In this document: piece after piece, positions 1-10,028 of the stretch
Numbering within the stretch: the first letter of the stretch is position 1
Layout of the letters: every line of letters begins with the position of its first letter
From: a virus
Virus record (IMG/VR): IMGVR_UViG_3300001567_000138
Span: 24,400 to 88,399 of that record
Strand: one strand, 5' to 3'
DNA: 64,000 nt
Notes under the pieces: generated by a model
Told to the model about the DNA's origin: nothing
Database searches by the model: none
What the model saw: the letters and a program-made list of their open reading frames with translations, nothing else
Position numbers and translations under genes: made by a program

Positions 1-276
1 GTCATCTTTCTTGGGGTGGGCGAGGAAGCCTTTCACGTGGGCTAAGACCCGCTGGAAGATATTCTCCTCCAGGCGCATCTCAACTTGCTCTTTGTCCTGT
101 ACCACGGGCGGCTCAGGTACTTCCGCCTCCACTTCTTCACGGCTTTTGAACTCATCCAGAATACCTTTGACAGCCTCGATGCTGTCCGCCTGCGCAATCG
201 CTTCAAGCGTTGCGTAAAGGTTGGGCGTATCGCCGTGAACGGTGGATACCGCATCATTAGTCAACTCGTCGGTCAT
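1..276 (-). CDS. Partial head gene (probable prohead protease/scaffold), runs off the left edge
   Basis: GGAGG RBS then ATG at 276, open frame MTDELTNDAVST... to position 1; lies downstream of portal/MuF; absent from the ORF track. Confidence 0.6.
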   Translation of the reverse strand, partial: MTDELTNDAVSTVHGDTPNLYATLEAIAQADSIEAVKGILDEFKSREEVEAEVPEPPVVQDKEQVEMRLEENIFQRVLAHVKGFLAHPKKDD

Positions 277-405
277 AAGAAGAATCCTCCTAACGAAAAA
301 AGGGGCAGAATAGGAAACGGTTCGCTTCCTGTCCTGCCCCGTGAGGGCAATATGTGTCTATTATGGTTATCTTTATCGACAACCTATCAAATTATACCAC
401 GTTTG

Positions 406-675
406 TTACACCTTCGGCGCGTCCGCCATCGACTTCAGCCAGGAAAGGAACTGCGCCTTGCTCGCTTTCGGCTCGAAGAGCGACATTTCGGGGGCGAGCC
501 ACTGCACGGGTGCGCCGGTTTCGTCAACGATCACGGTAACGCGCATGATCGCCAAGCCCTGCTGCGTTTTCGCCACCTGCTGCATTCGCCGCGCAATGTT
601 CAACCAGCCCGGCTTCAAGTCCTGAATGAAGGCCAGCGTGCCTCCCTTGTCGGGGGTGTTCGGTTTATCGGTCAT
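406..675 (-). CDS. Hypothetical phage protein
   Basis: 89-aa ORF with GGAG RBS, overlaps upstream stop. Confidence 0.7.
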   Translation of the reverse strand: MTDKPNTPDKGGTLAFIQDLKPGWLNIARRMQQVAKTQQGLAIMRVTVIVDETGAPVQWLAPEMSLFEPKASKAQFLSWLKSMADAPKV

Positions 676-1160
676 TTCAAACTCTCCTGTATTGCACGAT
701 AGATTAGTCTCTGAAAGTTGTCTCGTTCCATGTTGGCGATGATTGTAGACCAGTTTCTCGCCTCGATCCCTTTGTGCCGCCTTGCGTTGTGTCCACGCCT
801 AAGCACCTGCCCCGCTCCCATCCCTGCATGAACAACACCGGGGGAAGTCTTACTCTGCCAGTCGGGGGACAGGTCGGCGTAGCGAACGCTCGTCCCCTGG
901 TTCAGCCACATCCACTTCTTCGACTGAATAGAACCATCGTCAGGCGGGCCTGCGGTAACGGTTGGGTTGCCCGTTCTGTACGCCGTCGCCCCAACCATCT
1001 TGGGCGGGTCGTCCCAGGTAGAGATGGTCATGTTGAGTAGTTGAATTAACCTGCGCTTCTCCTGCAAGAGAGCCTGGGCGATCCTGCCGCGGAAAGCCTT
1101 CTCGTCAAAGAGAGCTTTCGGTACGACGGGCTTCATCAAGAAAACGGGGTTGACGGGCAT
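672..1160 (-). CDS. HK97 gp10-like tail-completion protein (putative)
   Basis: 162 aa; WLNQGT...HKGIEARNW resembles gp10-family motifs. Confidence 0.5.
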   Translation of the reverse strand: MPVNPVFLMKPVVPKALFDEKAFRGRIAQALLQEKRRLIQLLNMTISTWDDPPKMVGATAYRTGNPTVTAGPPDDGSIQSKKWMWLNQGTSVRYADLSPDWQSKTSPGVVHAGMGAGQVLRRGHNARRHKGIEARNWSTIIANMERDNFQRLIYRAIQESLK

Positions 1161-1162
1161 AG

Positions 1163-1372
1163 CTAATCCTCTACCTGAAAAACACTTATCGACATAGAGA
1201 AATACAATTTACAGCCGCACTCTGGGCACGTATTCGCGCTATCTGGGTATACGTATAGTATGACATCCCAATAGTCAAACTTTGCGCCACAAACGCACTT
1301 GGTTAGGGTTGCATATTCTCCGTCAACACTCCCTACTTGCGTCTTGTCTGTCACGTCAGTTATGCGGCTCAT
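1163..1372 (-). CDS. Small Zn-ribbon protein
   Basis: CVCG...CPECG. Confidence 0.65.
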   Translation of the reverse strand: MSRITDVTDKTQVGSVDGEYATLTKCVCGAKFDYWDVILYVYPDSANTCPECGCKLYFSMSISVFQVED

Positions 1373-1380
1373 CGGTTCTC

Positions 1381-1995
1381 CTACGGCAGGTTGGGCAGCG
1401 GCCCCTTGCTGGCCGGTTCGTTTGTCGGCACGAGGCTACACTTACAGCCTCCGCGACAATGAAGTTTATCCCACGACTTCGGGTAGACGCCTTTAGCGCG
1501 CCAGTAGCTCGCCCTTTTCACGCGGTTTGCCAAACGCACGCAGGATGAGCAGGACTCCTTTGGGGCGTCGATTTTCCACTTCAGCTTGGGGTCGCTTCTC
1601 GCATAGGTGACAGCAATGTTTACGATCCTGTTATACCCCGCCACCCATCTCTCTGCCCTACCGAACAGGGGCGTCAAATGCCCGCCGTTCTCTTTGTTCC
1701 CTGCGATGATAGCGCGGGCGAAGCGGTCGATGAAGCGGTACTCGCTGAACATCTCTTCGTTCAGGCGGGCGCGTTCTTCCGGGGACATCTCATCGGGAAG
1801 GATGCCTACTGAGCGCGCCCCTTCCTGCCAGGCCATCGGGTACTGGCTGTCGATGGCGCGTATCATCGAGTACACGAACTGGTCGTAGGACATATTGCCT
1901 GCCCACAAACCGCGCACCGCAGAACGGACAGCGGAGCGGTAGTTGGAGAGTGACTTTAGGACTTCCGCGATGTCAAGCCCTTCGACTTCTTCCAA
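1381..1995 (-). CDS. Head morphogenesis protein (MuF/SPP1 gp7-like)
   Basis: Directly after portal; C-terminal W...CSSC...HCRGGCKCSL motif; only a TTG start with no good RBS. Confidence 0.75.
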   Translation of the reverse strand: MEEVEGLDIAEVLKSLSNYRSAVRSAVRGLWAGNMSYDQFVYSMIRAIDSQYPMAWQEGARSVGILPDEMSPEERARLNEEMFSEYRFIDRFARAIIAGNKENGGHLTPLFGRAERWVAGYNRIVNIAVTYARSDPKLKWKIDAPKESCSSCVRLANRVKRASYWRAKGVYPKSWDKLHCRGGCKCSLVPTNEPASKGPLPNLP

Positions 1996-4820
1996 AAAGG
2001 GACTTGCGGAGCGGCCCCCTTGACGCGCTCTTCATCGTTGTCGGGTTCTAGTTCGTCCACGTCAAACTCCTCGCGTTGAATAGTCGTTGGGTTTACCCTG
2101 CGGATACGGGGGTCGCGTTCCGGCCCCGTGTCGCTTTCTTCGCCCCCATCTCCGGGGGGAACTTCATCTTCCGCAGGCTCGAAGTTGAGTTTCTCGTACT
2201 CTTTCATCAAGGCGTTGAGAGCGGCGATGGCGTAGTTCGTCATTATCTTGTTGCGCCCCTTCGCGTCAATCGCCTCCCCCTGCACCACCATGAGTTGTTT
2301 CGTGATGGCAGTAATCGCAATTTGCGGATCAGCCTCCAGGGAGAGCGGGTCAGGCAGGCCGGGGATTTCGAGGTACTTGCGTACCGCCTGGTCGCCACCC
2401 TCGAACATACCGAGAACGGATGTGCCATCGGGTAGGCGTCCATCCTGCAACTCCAAGTAATCGAACTGACCGCGGGAAAGGTCGCCCACTTCCACCATCT
2501 GTTGACGGGCGGTGCGAATGTCGATCTCACCCGAACCCAGAGAAGCCCCCCGCCCCTGCGCCCTGATCTGCTTCACTTCGGCGGACTGGCGGTCTTGCTC
2601 GTCATCCTGGTAGTCGAATACGAGTTGCAGGTAGGGAGGCAGGTACTTCTGGTTGAACATGAGTTCGATCATTTGAATAATCTGCCCCGGCCCCTTGCCC
2701 CTCTGCTTCAAGTGCTGAATGAGGGCGTCGGCTCTCGTGGCCCCACTTGCGAGGGCGGGGAATAATTCGCGGGCATCCATACCGAAAGCCATTGCAATCG
2801 TGGCGATGCCCAACTCGACCGAAGTCCGCTCATCGAAGTTGTCGGGCAGACCAGCGATATCAGTAAGGTTCAGGCTGGCATCCGGGATGCTCGAACTACC
2901 TACAACGGCGATCTTTGAGTAGCGGGATAACCCTTGACTATCCATCTCCTGCGCGGCAATCGAGAAGGCTTCACGTATGTCGGTCGGGTCAAGCCCACCT
3001 CCCGTTACCATTACTCCCCGATACGGTCGCGAGCCGAGTCGTTCCTGCTTGTATATAAGAATATCGACAAGGTTCTGCGCCACGTTCATTGCTCTGGAAA
3101 TGGCGCAGTTGTGAACAACAATCCCTGATGTAACAAAGTTGTGCGCTTCCTCAACGTCGATGCAATACACATTTTTCTTTCCGCACCTATATACTTTCGC
3201 GTCCGCCTTTCTCTCAACAATAACAGTGTCCACCATTGGAACCGCGCCACCAAGTTCCCAGGATTTTGGGTCATACTCGCCATAAATTTTCCCGCCACCA
3301 GGAAGTTTATGGCGCATGGATGGGGGAACAAACGGAGCAATGTCTTTGAAAAACTTCTCGGAAGAATCGACGGTAAACCTGATAACGTATTGTCCACCAC
3401 CGTTAGAGCTTGGCCTTGCATCATATCCCATTTTCTCACGAATTACGCCGCACACCTCTTTTGTCTGCTCAAGACTAAATGCCAGGGTTGCTATTGTTGC
3501 CGTTGGACTTGTATTCTTTCTTGCGGGTGTGGCGAGTTTTAGACAACCGTCGTCAAGATACCATGCCGCCAAAAGTCGGTGAGACATACTTTCTTCGACA
3601 ACCGGCATTGGAATTTCCTTTTTCCCGCTTCCGTAGAATAATTTGTGCAGGCCCATGAACGCAGGTTGACCACGGGTTGCTCCACGGACTGTCTTATATC
3701 CCTGTTTGGTTGTGTAGTCCTTCTGGTAAAACCCAAAGTCCTTGCGGAGTATTTTTGCCTTGATTTCAAACCACTCTCTCTGTTTTTCAGAGTGTCCCAT
3801 AGCAAAGACCGGATTTCCGCCAGCGTTTGACTTCATCAGGGAACCGTCGCCAAGCAAAGTTCCAACGATAAACTGCATTTGATTTTCATTCGGATACGGA
3901 AACGCAGTAACAATCTCGTCCCCGGTTTCTAGATCACCGGCACTTGTCCATCCAGACGGAGTGAGAACGGGATGATCTTCCGTTACCCACGACTTGCGCT
4001 CTCTCCGTCCACGAATTGTCTTTGATAACTTTCCCATTATACAAATCATTGCACGGCCACCACGCGGGTTTTTGTACCAGTTAGTCACGCGACGAGGAAC
4101 AAGATTCCCGTTTTCGTCCATACTAAGAACTGGATCGGCTGACTTTTCGTTAACGATGTCCATTATTCGTCTCGTTGTGCCATCGGCCATTGTTACGTTC
4201 GCCCATGCGTCTAAGCAGAATCCTACGCCGTACATCTCCGCAATCGGGGATGTCATCTGGGAACGGTATATCACACGGGTATAGTGTAACTTATACATCT
4301 TCCCGTCGGTGTGCCGATAGATGACGGGATATTCGGGGTTGCCCGTGCGCTGACTCCTTGAAGAATCGAGTTGTCGCACCGAGATCGGCCTACCAATGAT
4401 CGGCCCGTCCGGGCTTCCTGCGCCGATAATTTCCGAGAAACCGCCGTTATCCTGGGTAATCAAGTCCTCAACAAACTTCTCCGCCCACGCCTGCCAGCCT
4501 TCCCCCAACTCCGCCGAACTCAAGAGGCGTTCCGTTTCCGCCTCCGCTTCTGCAACCTGGCGGGGATCGGTGTTATCCTTCGCCTGGACGTGAACAGGGA
4601 TAGCGGATATCTTGGAACACATCGTATAGACGGCCCCCGAAAGGTGGTCACTCTGCTTCCAGAAGTTGCGCAGGAACATATCGCGGGAGGGCGACCACCA
4701 CGCATAGTCGGAAATGCCGGTGCGCGCAAGCCACTGGATCAGGTTGAGGGCGTTACCGCCATCGGGCTTGGCTACGGTGTTGTCGATTACGGATTGGAAA
4801 ACTTCATCTTTCAGGGTCAT
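1956..4820 (-). CDS. Portal protein with intein
   Basis: Follows terL; portal-like exteins (LITQDNGGFSEI; IATIAMAFGMD) flank a 370-aa intein. Confidence 0.88.
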   Translation of the reverse strand: MTLKDEVFQSVIDNTVAKPDGGNALNLIQWLARTGISDYAWWSPSRDMFLRNFWKQSDHLSGAVYTMCSKISAIPVHVQAKDNTDPRQVAEAEAETERLLSSAELGEGWQAWAEKFVEDLITQDNGGFSEIIGAGSPDGPIIGRPISVRQLDSSRSQRTGNPEYPVIYRHTDGKMYKLHYTRVIYRSQMTSPIAEMYGVGFCLDAWANVTMADGTTRRIMDIVNEKSADPVLSMDENGNLVPRRVTNWYKNPRGGRAMICIMGKLSKTIRGRRERKSWVTEDHPVLTPSGWTSAGDLETGDEIVTAFPYPNENQMQFIVGTLLGDGSLMKSNAGGNPVFAMGHSEKQREWFEIKAKILRKDFGFYQKDYTTKQGYKTVRGATRGQPAFMGLHKLFYGSGKKEIPMPVVEESMSHRLLAAWYLDDGCLKLATPARKNTSPTATIATLAFSLEQTKEVCGVIREKMGYDARPSSNGGGQYVIRFTVDSSEKFFKDIAPFVPPSMRHKLPGGGKIYGEYDPKSWELGGAVPMVDTVIVERKADAKVYRCGKKNVYCIDVEEAHNFVTSGIVVHNCAISRAMNVAQNLVDILIYKQERLGSRPYRGVMVTGGGLDPTDIREAFSIAAQEMDSQGLSRYSKIAVVGSSSIPDASLNLTDIAGLPDNFDERTSVELGIATIAMAFGMDARELFPALASGATRADALIQHLKQRGKGPGQIIQMIELMFNQKYLPPYLQLVFDYQDDEQDRQSAEVKQIRAQGRGASLGSGEIDIRTARQQMVEVGDLSRGQFDYLELQDGRLPDGTSVLGMFEGGDQAVRKYLEIPGLPDPLSLEADPQIAITAITKQLMVVQGEAIDAKGRNKIMTNYAIAALNALMKEYEKLNFEPAEDEVPPGDGGEESDTGPERDPRIRRVNPTTIQREEFDVDELEPDNDEERVKGAAPQVPFWKKSKGLTSRKS
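3108..4217 (-). mobile_element. Intein with LAGLIDADG homing endonuclease
   Basis: Starts CLDAWANVTMADG, block B VTEDHP, LAGLIDADG motifs GTLLGDG and AWYLDDG, ends VVHN with +1 Cys; more AT-rich than its flanks. Confidence 0.95.
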
Positions 4821-4828
4821 CGTTCCTC

Positions 4829-6490
4829 CTAGTCCGACAGGCGGACTACTTTGGCTTTCTCGGCAGGCATAAAGGTCAATACAAGTGCATCGGCATAGTT
4901 AGGCGAGCGGCCTAGCTTCTGGCGCATCGTCTCTTTGTCCATCACGTAAATCTTCCCGTTGCGTACCTCGTAGGTGGGCAGCAGCATTTCTTCTAGCAGC
5001 ATGGGTTCGGGGGGGATCATCGCATTCGGGTCGGTGCGCAGCCACTCACGCAAGGCCCACCACAACTGGTCGCGCAACTGGAAGAACTCGCCCATGTGGG
5101 TCTTGATGAAGGGTAGCGGCTTGGCGCTAAACTTTGCGCTGACCGTCCTCAAGCCCTTCTGTTGGCGGGTCATGTAGGGAGCCACGGCTGACCCAACTCC
5201 CGTACCGTCAATGATAGCGAACGTGATCCCCTTGCGCCTGCAAATAGCAACGGCGTTATCGGCGGTCATAATCACATCCACCCCCTGCCAGATACGCTCC
5301 ACTCGCTCCACGTAACTACCGTAGCGGATCATGGGCACGTTGAAGTCGGGGCCGTACTCTGCCACGTCCAGGCCGAGCTTGGGGTCAACAGAAGGCGGCT
5401 TGTCCCCGTGTTCCAACACCCAGGCGTCGTACCGCTTGCGGGCGTTGTTGATGTCCTCAAGGGCAATCAGTTGGTTCACCCCCTGCTTTGGGTAACGACC
5501 CAACACCATATACGAGAAGGCGTTGTCTGTAATGACGCGCTTGCCGCTTTTCATGGGCGGGTACATCAGCCCTTGCAGGCTCTTGACTTCGCAACCTACG
5601 AGACAGTCGGGGACATCGAAACTTTCTTCGTCAGACGGGGTTTCGCCTTCGACGGCGGGCCGTGTCCAGTCATTGATACGGCGAACCACGGTTTCACGCG
5701 TGACTGCACCGGGGATAATGTCTTTTCCCGTTATCACGTTTGGGTGATTGAAGGATGACAACTGCACAACACGAGCGCGGTTGGCATTCTCCATATTGAA
5801 CACGGGGCCGCGCTGCGCTCTTGGGTTGAACAAAACGAGCAGTCGGGCAAAGCCGCCCGACATACAGGAATCTATACCCTCATAAATTTCATCGGGGACG
5901 CCATCGCCTTCGTCTACGATAAAGAGAATATGGCTGGCGTGCTTTCCGCTGAACCGACTCTTGCGTTCTTCCGACGTTCCCGTCTGCGGGATGGTCACGC
6001 CGGTAATAAAGGACTGAGCGGCGTCCTCTTCTTGCATTTCGTTCATATCGTTTCCGGGGGGCTTACGGTATATTTTTAGGGTCTTGATCCTGCTGTTCTC
6101 AAACAGTTTCCGCCTGCGGTTCACGATAGTCGTTATCTCGCCCCATAAAAGGTTTTGCAGGTTCTCAAGGGGCGGGGCCGATGTCAAGAATGTTTTCGAC
6201 GTTGGAAACACAGTGTAGAACCATACAGCGATAGCCGCGGCAGAAAACGTTTTGCCCACACCATTACTGGACTTCGCCACCGTGACCGGGTTCTCCACAA
6301 CCGACCGCATCAAATCTTCCACGTCGCTTGTGTATTTGTGGCCCAGTACCTTGTTCCCGAATCCAATCGGGTCGGTGCGGTATTGGGAATATTGGAGCCG
6401 CTGCGCGTCAAAGCGTCTCTGCGCCTCTTCGATTGCTTCGGTCAGAATTGTGTTGACTAGAGTTGAGGATACACCGCTGAGATCGCCCAC
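4829..6490 (-). CDS. terL: Terminase large subunit
   Basis: Walker A SSNGVGKT, Walker B FIVDEG, NP motif, nuclease GLDVA...D and SPNYADAL. Confidence 0.93.
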   Translation of the reverse strand: MGDLSGVSSTLVNTILTEAIEEAQRRFDAQRLQYSQYRTDPIGFGNKVLGHKYTSDVEDLMRSVVENPVTVAKSSNGVGKTFSAAAIAVWFYTVFPTSKTFLTSAPPLENLQNLLWGEITTIVNRRRKLFENSRIKTLKIYRKPPGNDMNEMQEEDAAQSFITGVTIPQTGTSEERKSRFSGKHASHILFIVDEGDGVPDEIYEGIDSCMSGGFARLLVLFNPRAQRGPVFNMENANRARVVQLSSFNHPNVITGKDIIPGAVTRETVVRRINDWTRPAVEGETPSDEESFDVPDCLVGCEVKSLQGLMYPPMKSGKRVITDNAFSYMVLGRYPKQGVNQLIALEDINNARKRYDAWVLEHGDKPPSVDPKLGLDVAEYGPDFNVPMIRYGSYVERVERIWQGVDVIMTADNAVAICRRKGITFAIIDGTGVGSAVAPYMTRQQKGLRTVSAKFSAKPLPFIKTHMGEFFQLRDQLWWALREWLRTDPNAMIPPEPMLLEEMLLPTYEVRNGKIYVMDKETMRQKLGRSPNYADALVLTFMPAEKAKVVRLSD

Positions 6491-6577
6491 TCACCTACTC
6501 CAATAGGATACAACAAAAATTGCGTAGACACGCCGTCTACGCAATTATAACATGATTGGTATAGGTTCTAAGTGGTT

Positions 6578-7467
6578 CTAGTGGGCGTCGAGAATGAACT
6601 CCGCGTCGATGAACTTCTTGACCCTACTGCGCTTCGCCTCGCCATCGTAGAAGAGACGCATCCAGATACAGCCGAGCGGCTTGGGAGCGCCCCACCGTTC
6701 CACGTCCCACCCCTCTGTACCATCCCCATAAGAGTCCTTGTAGCCAGGGATGCGCAGATGGTTGACAACATCCCGTCCAACTGCCCCGCTTGCCGTAAGG
6801 CGTTCTCTTGCAATCGGCACGATAAACGCATCATGGGTGTGACCGTTTACAACGATATCGGCATCGGGAAGGTACACTTGCTGGCGGTTGGTCTGGATTG
6901 TGCCACGTGTGACTGGCCCGCCCCCACCTGCACCGTGGAAGTATTTCATACTGATCGACTGCTTAACTGTTTTCTGGATGGTGAACATAAAGCGTACCCA
7001 CCCACCAAATCCACCAACGATAGTTTTTCCTCCATGCTGTGAGTTCATTGCGAAAGATGTTTGCGAGGTTAAGTCCGTGTTACACTTGTCAAGAACTGCT
7101 GTTTCGTGGTTTCCTTTCGCAAACAGAGTCCATAGAGGAGCATAGGGAGCGTAGAACCCAACCGCATGACGTACAATGCGGTCGTAGTAATCGGCCCCAA
7201 CATCTTCCGGGCGCACGTCATTGAAGCTGCGCCGGGGATCAAACTTGCCCTGCATGGCATCGTGACAGTCCCCAACGATCAACGATCAGCGCCTCGCGCT
7301 CCATGGCCTTGTCAAGATGCGACTTCTCCATCTCCCCGATCACAGCGCGGGCTATCGTGATGAGCGTCTGATCGCAGGAGAACCCACTGCTGCCATCCAC
7401 TTGCAATATTGTCGAAACGAATCGTTGTTACAGCGCGCGAGGTCTGCTCTACCTTGTAGTCATTCAT
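6578..7467 (-). pseudogene. Calcineurin-like metallophosphoesterase with two apparent single-base insertions
   Basis: N-terminus MNDYK...SDAHHD (DxH) from ATG 7467, then REMEKSHLDK and VGD, GNHE, YFHG, GHTH motifs in two further frames; shifts near 7335 and 7280. Confidence 0.75.
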
Positions 7468-7471
7468 CGCT

Positions 7472-8158
7472 TTATCCTTCCTCTCTTTCTTCCGGTATGG
7501 TTACAAATTGGCCTTCTACGATATCCCCCGTCTCGGCTTGCACGGCTGGCCCGCTCTGCCGCGTGATGGCCTGCATCAGAATGTTTACGGTAGTCTCCTT
7601 TATCGCATCCATGTTGCTTGACGATATGCCAACCCTGTTCGCTGCGCTGCGCCAATCGAGAGCGAACTTCTCCGGCTCGAACAGGCCCAGTATCTTGCAG
7701 CGGTTGATGACACAACGCTCCACGCCTTGAAGGAACAGGAAGTTACCTTCACGGGTGCGCTTCTCTTTGCTTTTGTGCTTGCTTTTGGTGGGGACAACCT
7801 CACCCGTGCGGGTGGCGATTTCTTCTTCATCTTCGCTTTCAATGTCGATCTCGTTGGGCAGGCGGCTTTCTTCCCATGCGACCCAATAGGCGGTTTCGAG
7901 AGCGTTCAGTTTAGCAATCTCAACCCCCCTCGCCTCGTTGAAGTCGATCAGGGCGCTCTCTGTCCACGCCTTGCGGATAGACTCGATGTCTTTAGACACC
8001 ATCCGAATAGTAACCGCGCCTCGGTCGGGGTACAGGTTGTCTCTAACGAAGTCCGCAATCTGGTGCATGTTCCAGCCGCGGGCATACAGGTTAGCGATCA
8101 CGGGGAGGTCGCGTTCTTTCTCTTCTTCTGTGCGTACTACTGCAAGTTCTTTGCCCAT
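7472..8158 (-). CDS. terS: Terminase small subunit (putative)
   Basis: N-terminal HTH-like segment (WNMHQIAD...VSKDI), RCKILGL motif, upstream of terL. Confidence 0.7.
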   Translation of the reverse strand: MGKELAVVRTEEEKERDLPVIANLYARGWNMHQIADFVRDNLYPDRGAVTIRMVSKDIESIRKAWTESALIDFNEARGVEIAKLNALETAYWVAWEESRLPNEIDIESEDEEEIATRTGEVVPTKSKHKSKEKRTREGNFLFLQGVERCVINRCKILGLFEPEKFALDWRSAANRVGISSSNMDAIKETTVNILMQAITRQSGPAVQAETGDIVEGQFVTIPEEREEG

Positions 8159-8306
8159 TCTGTGAATTATACCCCATAAGTGTAAATAAGGATTTCCATA
8201 TTGACAGTTAGGCACGTAAATGTAAACAAGGATGCGCAATTACACATGGTTATATGATAGCGGGAATGTAACAAACTTGATAACAAGTCGCAACCGTTGT
8301 AACCGA

Positions 8307-8690
8307 TCATCTCGCCCTTCTCCTCTTCTGCCTGCTCACGCTGTACGGGCTTGCGTCGATCACGCGGTACTCGTGGTTGGGGTACTGGTATAGGAACATT
8401 TTGTGTTTCATCTTCCACGTTTCCGTTTCCACCCCCTTGACATCTTCAACAACGATATGACCGGGAGCTTCCTCGTACTCGAAGTCGCCTTCGTGCTTGA
8501 TGGCCCGGACACGCGCACCGTCTCTCTTGAAGGATGGCTGGAGTTCGTACACGGGATGCACGACAAGGTTTGCGATCTGTCCCGCTGCAAGAACGACAAG
8601 CAATTCCTTGTACCTATCGCACTCTGCCAGGCTGTCGAAAACGTAACCATCGTATGAAACCTTGACGTTGTTGAATTTCGAGTATCCCAT
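8307..8690 (-). CDS. DUF1064-family PD-(D/E)xK endonuclease
   Basis: SKFNN...FDSLAE...DFEY...VEDVKG. Confidence 0.85.
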   Translation of the reverse strand: MGYSKFNNVKVSYDGYVFDSLAECDRYKELLVVLAAGQIANLVVHPVYELQPSFKRDGARVRAIKHEGDFEYEEAPGHIVVEDVKGVETETWKMKHKMFLYQYPNHEYRVIDASPYSVSRQKRRRAR

Positions 8691-8707
8691 GCTGAATAGT
8701 ATACACC

Positions 8708-9028
8708 CTAATCGTAGATAAAGGGACGCGGCGCGCCACACTTCCCGCACTCCCGCTCCGCTCGCAGGTTGACCGCCTGGCAGTGTTGGCACTTCCATTC
8801 CTTAGCGGACTTGACCTTCTTCACGTCCACGGCATTGCCATCGTCGGCAAACATATCTACGCTGGAAGGAATAAGTAACTCCAGGCTACACGTCATACAT
8901 TCGTCCATAAGCCCACTGCTGACAGACACGCTCTTGACATATGCGCTCATGTCTATCGTTGTGTCGCCAGTCTGGATAAAGACGTTCATCTTCTCGCTAT
9001 TCGTCAACGTTCTAAATAAGTCTGCCAT
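8708..9028 (-). CDS. Zn-finger protein
   Basis: WKCQHCQAVN...CGKCGAPRP. Confidence 0.7.
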   Translation of the reverse strand: MADLFRTLTNSEKMNVFIQTGDTTIDMSAYVKSVSVSSGLMDECMTCSLELLIPSSVDMFADDGNAVDVKKVKSAKEWKCQHCQAVNLRAERECGKCGAPRPFIYD

Positions 9029-9206
9029 ATCCGATAATCTACCTTTCTTGTATATTATCCTTTACGGAACGACATCTCTAGCGGGCCGAACTGGAACCAG
9101 AAACCATCCAGCGTATCGAGGAAGGCTCGCCACACGAACCAATGCCACCAGATGTAGATGGAACATCCGAAAACGTGAAACACCTTGCCCGGCTTCTCTT
9201 CACCTA

Positions 9207-10028
9207 TCATGCCAACACTCCCCACACCACGACCGCCACCGTCACCGCAACACTCGCGGCGGCGGCGATTCTTCCGTGTTTCGGCAGCAGGCCGAGCAGT
9301 ACCACGGGTAACGCGCTGTAACTGATGTACGGCGACATCAACGGGACAGCGAACAGCGCCAGGGCGCGTGACTTCCGCCAGAGTGACACCACCATCAGGA
9401 TCGCGCCAAAGGGCAGCGAATAAGGGAATAGGCTTGCGTTCAGGTCACTGCCCATCGGGTTGCCCCAGGCGAGAAAGTACGGCCCATACAGCAGGACAGT
9501 CAAGGCGAACGCGCCGCACACCGCCAGGGCGCGCCGCTTGTTTCCGAGCGCATCCACGAGGAACACGCCCATGCCAAGTTGTGGCTTGGTGACAAGCAAC
9601 AGCGCGGCGGGCAACGACGCAGGGAGAGCGTAGCCGAGCGCCACCATCCAGTCAATGTTCGGGTTCATCAAGTTGAAAATTAGCCATGCTGGATTGCCTA
9701 CCATCATTCCCGCCACGATGATGGACGCGCCAAGTTTTCGGGCGGAGAAATAGTACACGCCGACTGCTAAACCAGACATCGCCGCCAGGCCGACGCGCGT
9801 GGGCAGGAGCGCAAGCGGCAACAGTGGCAGAAGGCTCCACGCAGGCGCGTAATGTCCGGCAACGTCGTGCGGATTATGCCCCGTCAGCATGGCGAGGGCG
9901 GCGGGTCGCCAGTATAACTCCCAATCTGATATTCCGGGTCGTGTAATGCAGAATGACGCGCAGAAGATGAGTAGGCCCAGGATAGCGGCCTCGGAGAGTG
10001 GCGTCAGGTGCGCGGCTTCACGTTTCAC
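9207..10028 (-). CDS. Polytopic membrane glycosyltransferase, GT87/GT-C-like
   Basis: Many TM segments; D-W..YW..A, YAP, N-I-D and KPQ motifs. Confidence 0.65.
   Translation of the reverse strand: MKREAAHLTPLSEAAILGLLIFCASFCITRPGISDWELYWRPAALAMLTGHNPHDVAGHYAPAWSLLPLLPLALLPTRVGLAAMSGLAVGVYYFSARKLGASIIVAGMMVGNPAWLIFNLMNPNIDWMVALGYALPASLPAALLLVTKPQLGMGVFLVDALGNKRRALAVCGAFALTVLLYGPYFLAWGNPMGSDLNASLFPYSLPFGAILMVVSLWRKSRALALFAVPLMSPYISYSALPVVLLGLLPKHGRIAAAASVAVTVAVVVWGVLA

Noticed and set aside
42-702. ORFs 42-257 (-) and 85-702 (+)
   Set aside because: The RBS-supported gene is in another frame (ATG 276, running off the edge); these ORFs overlap it and a terminator/promoter
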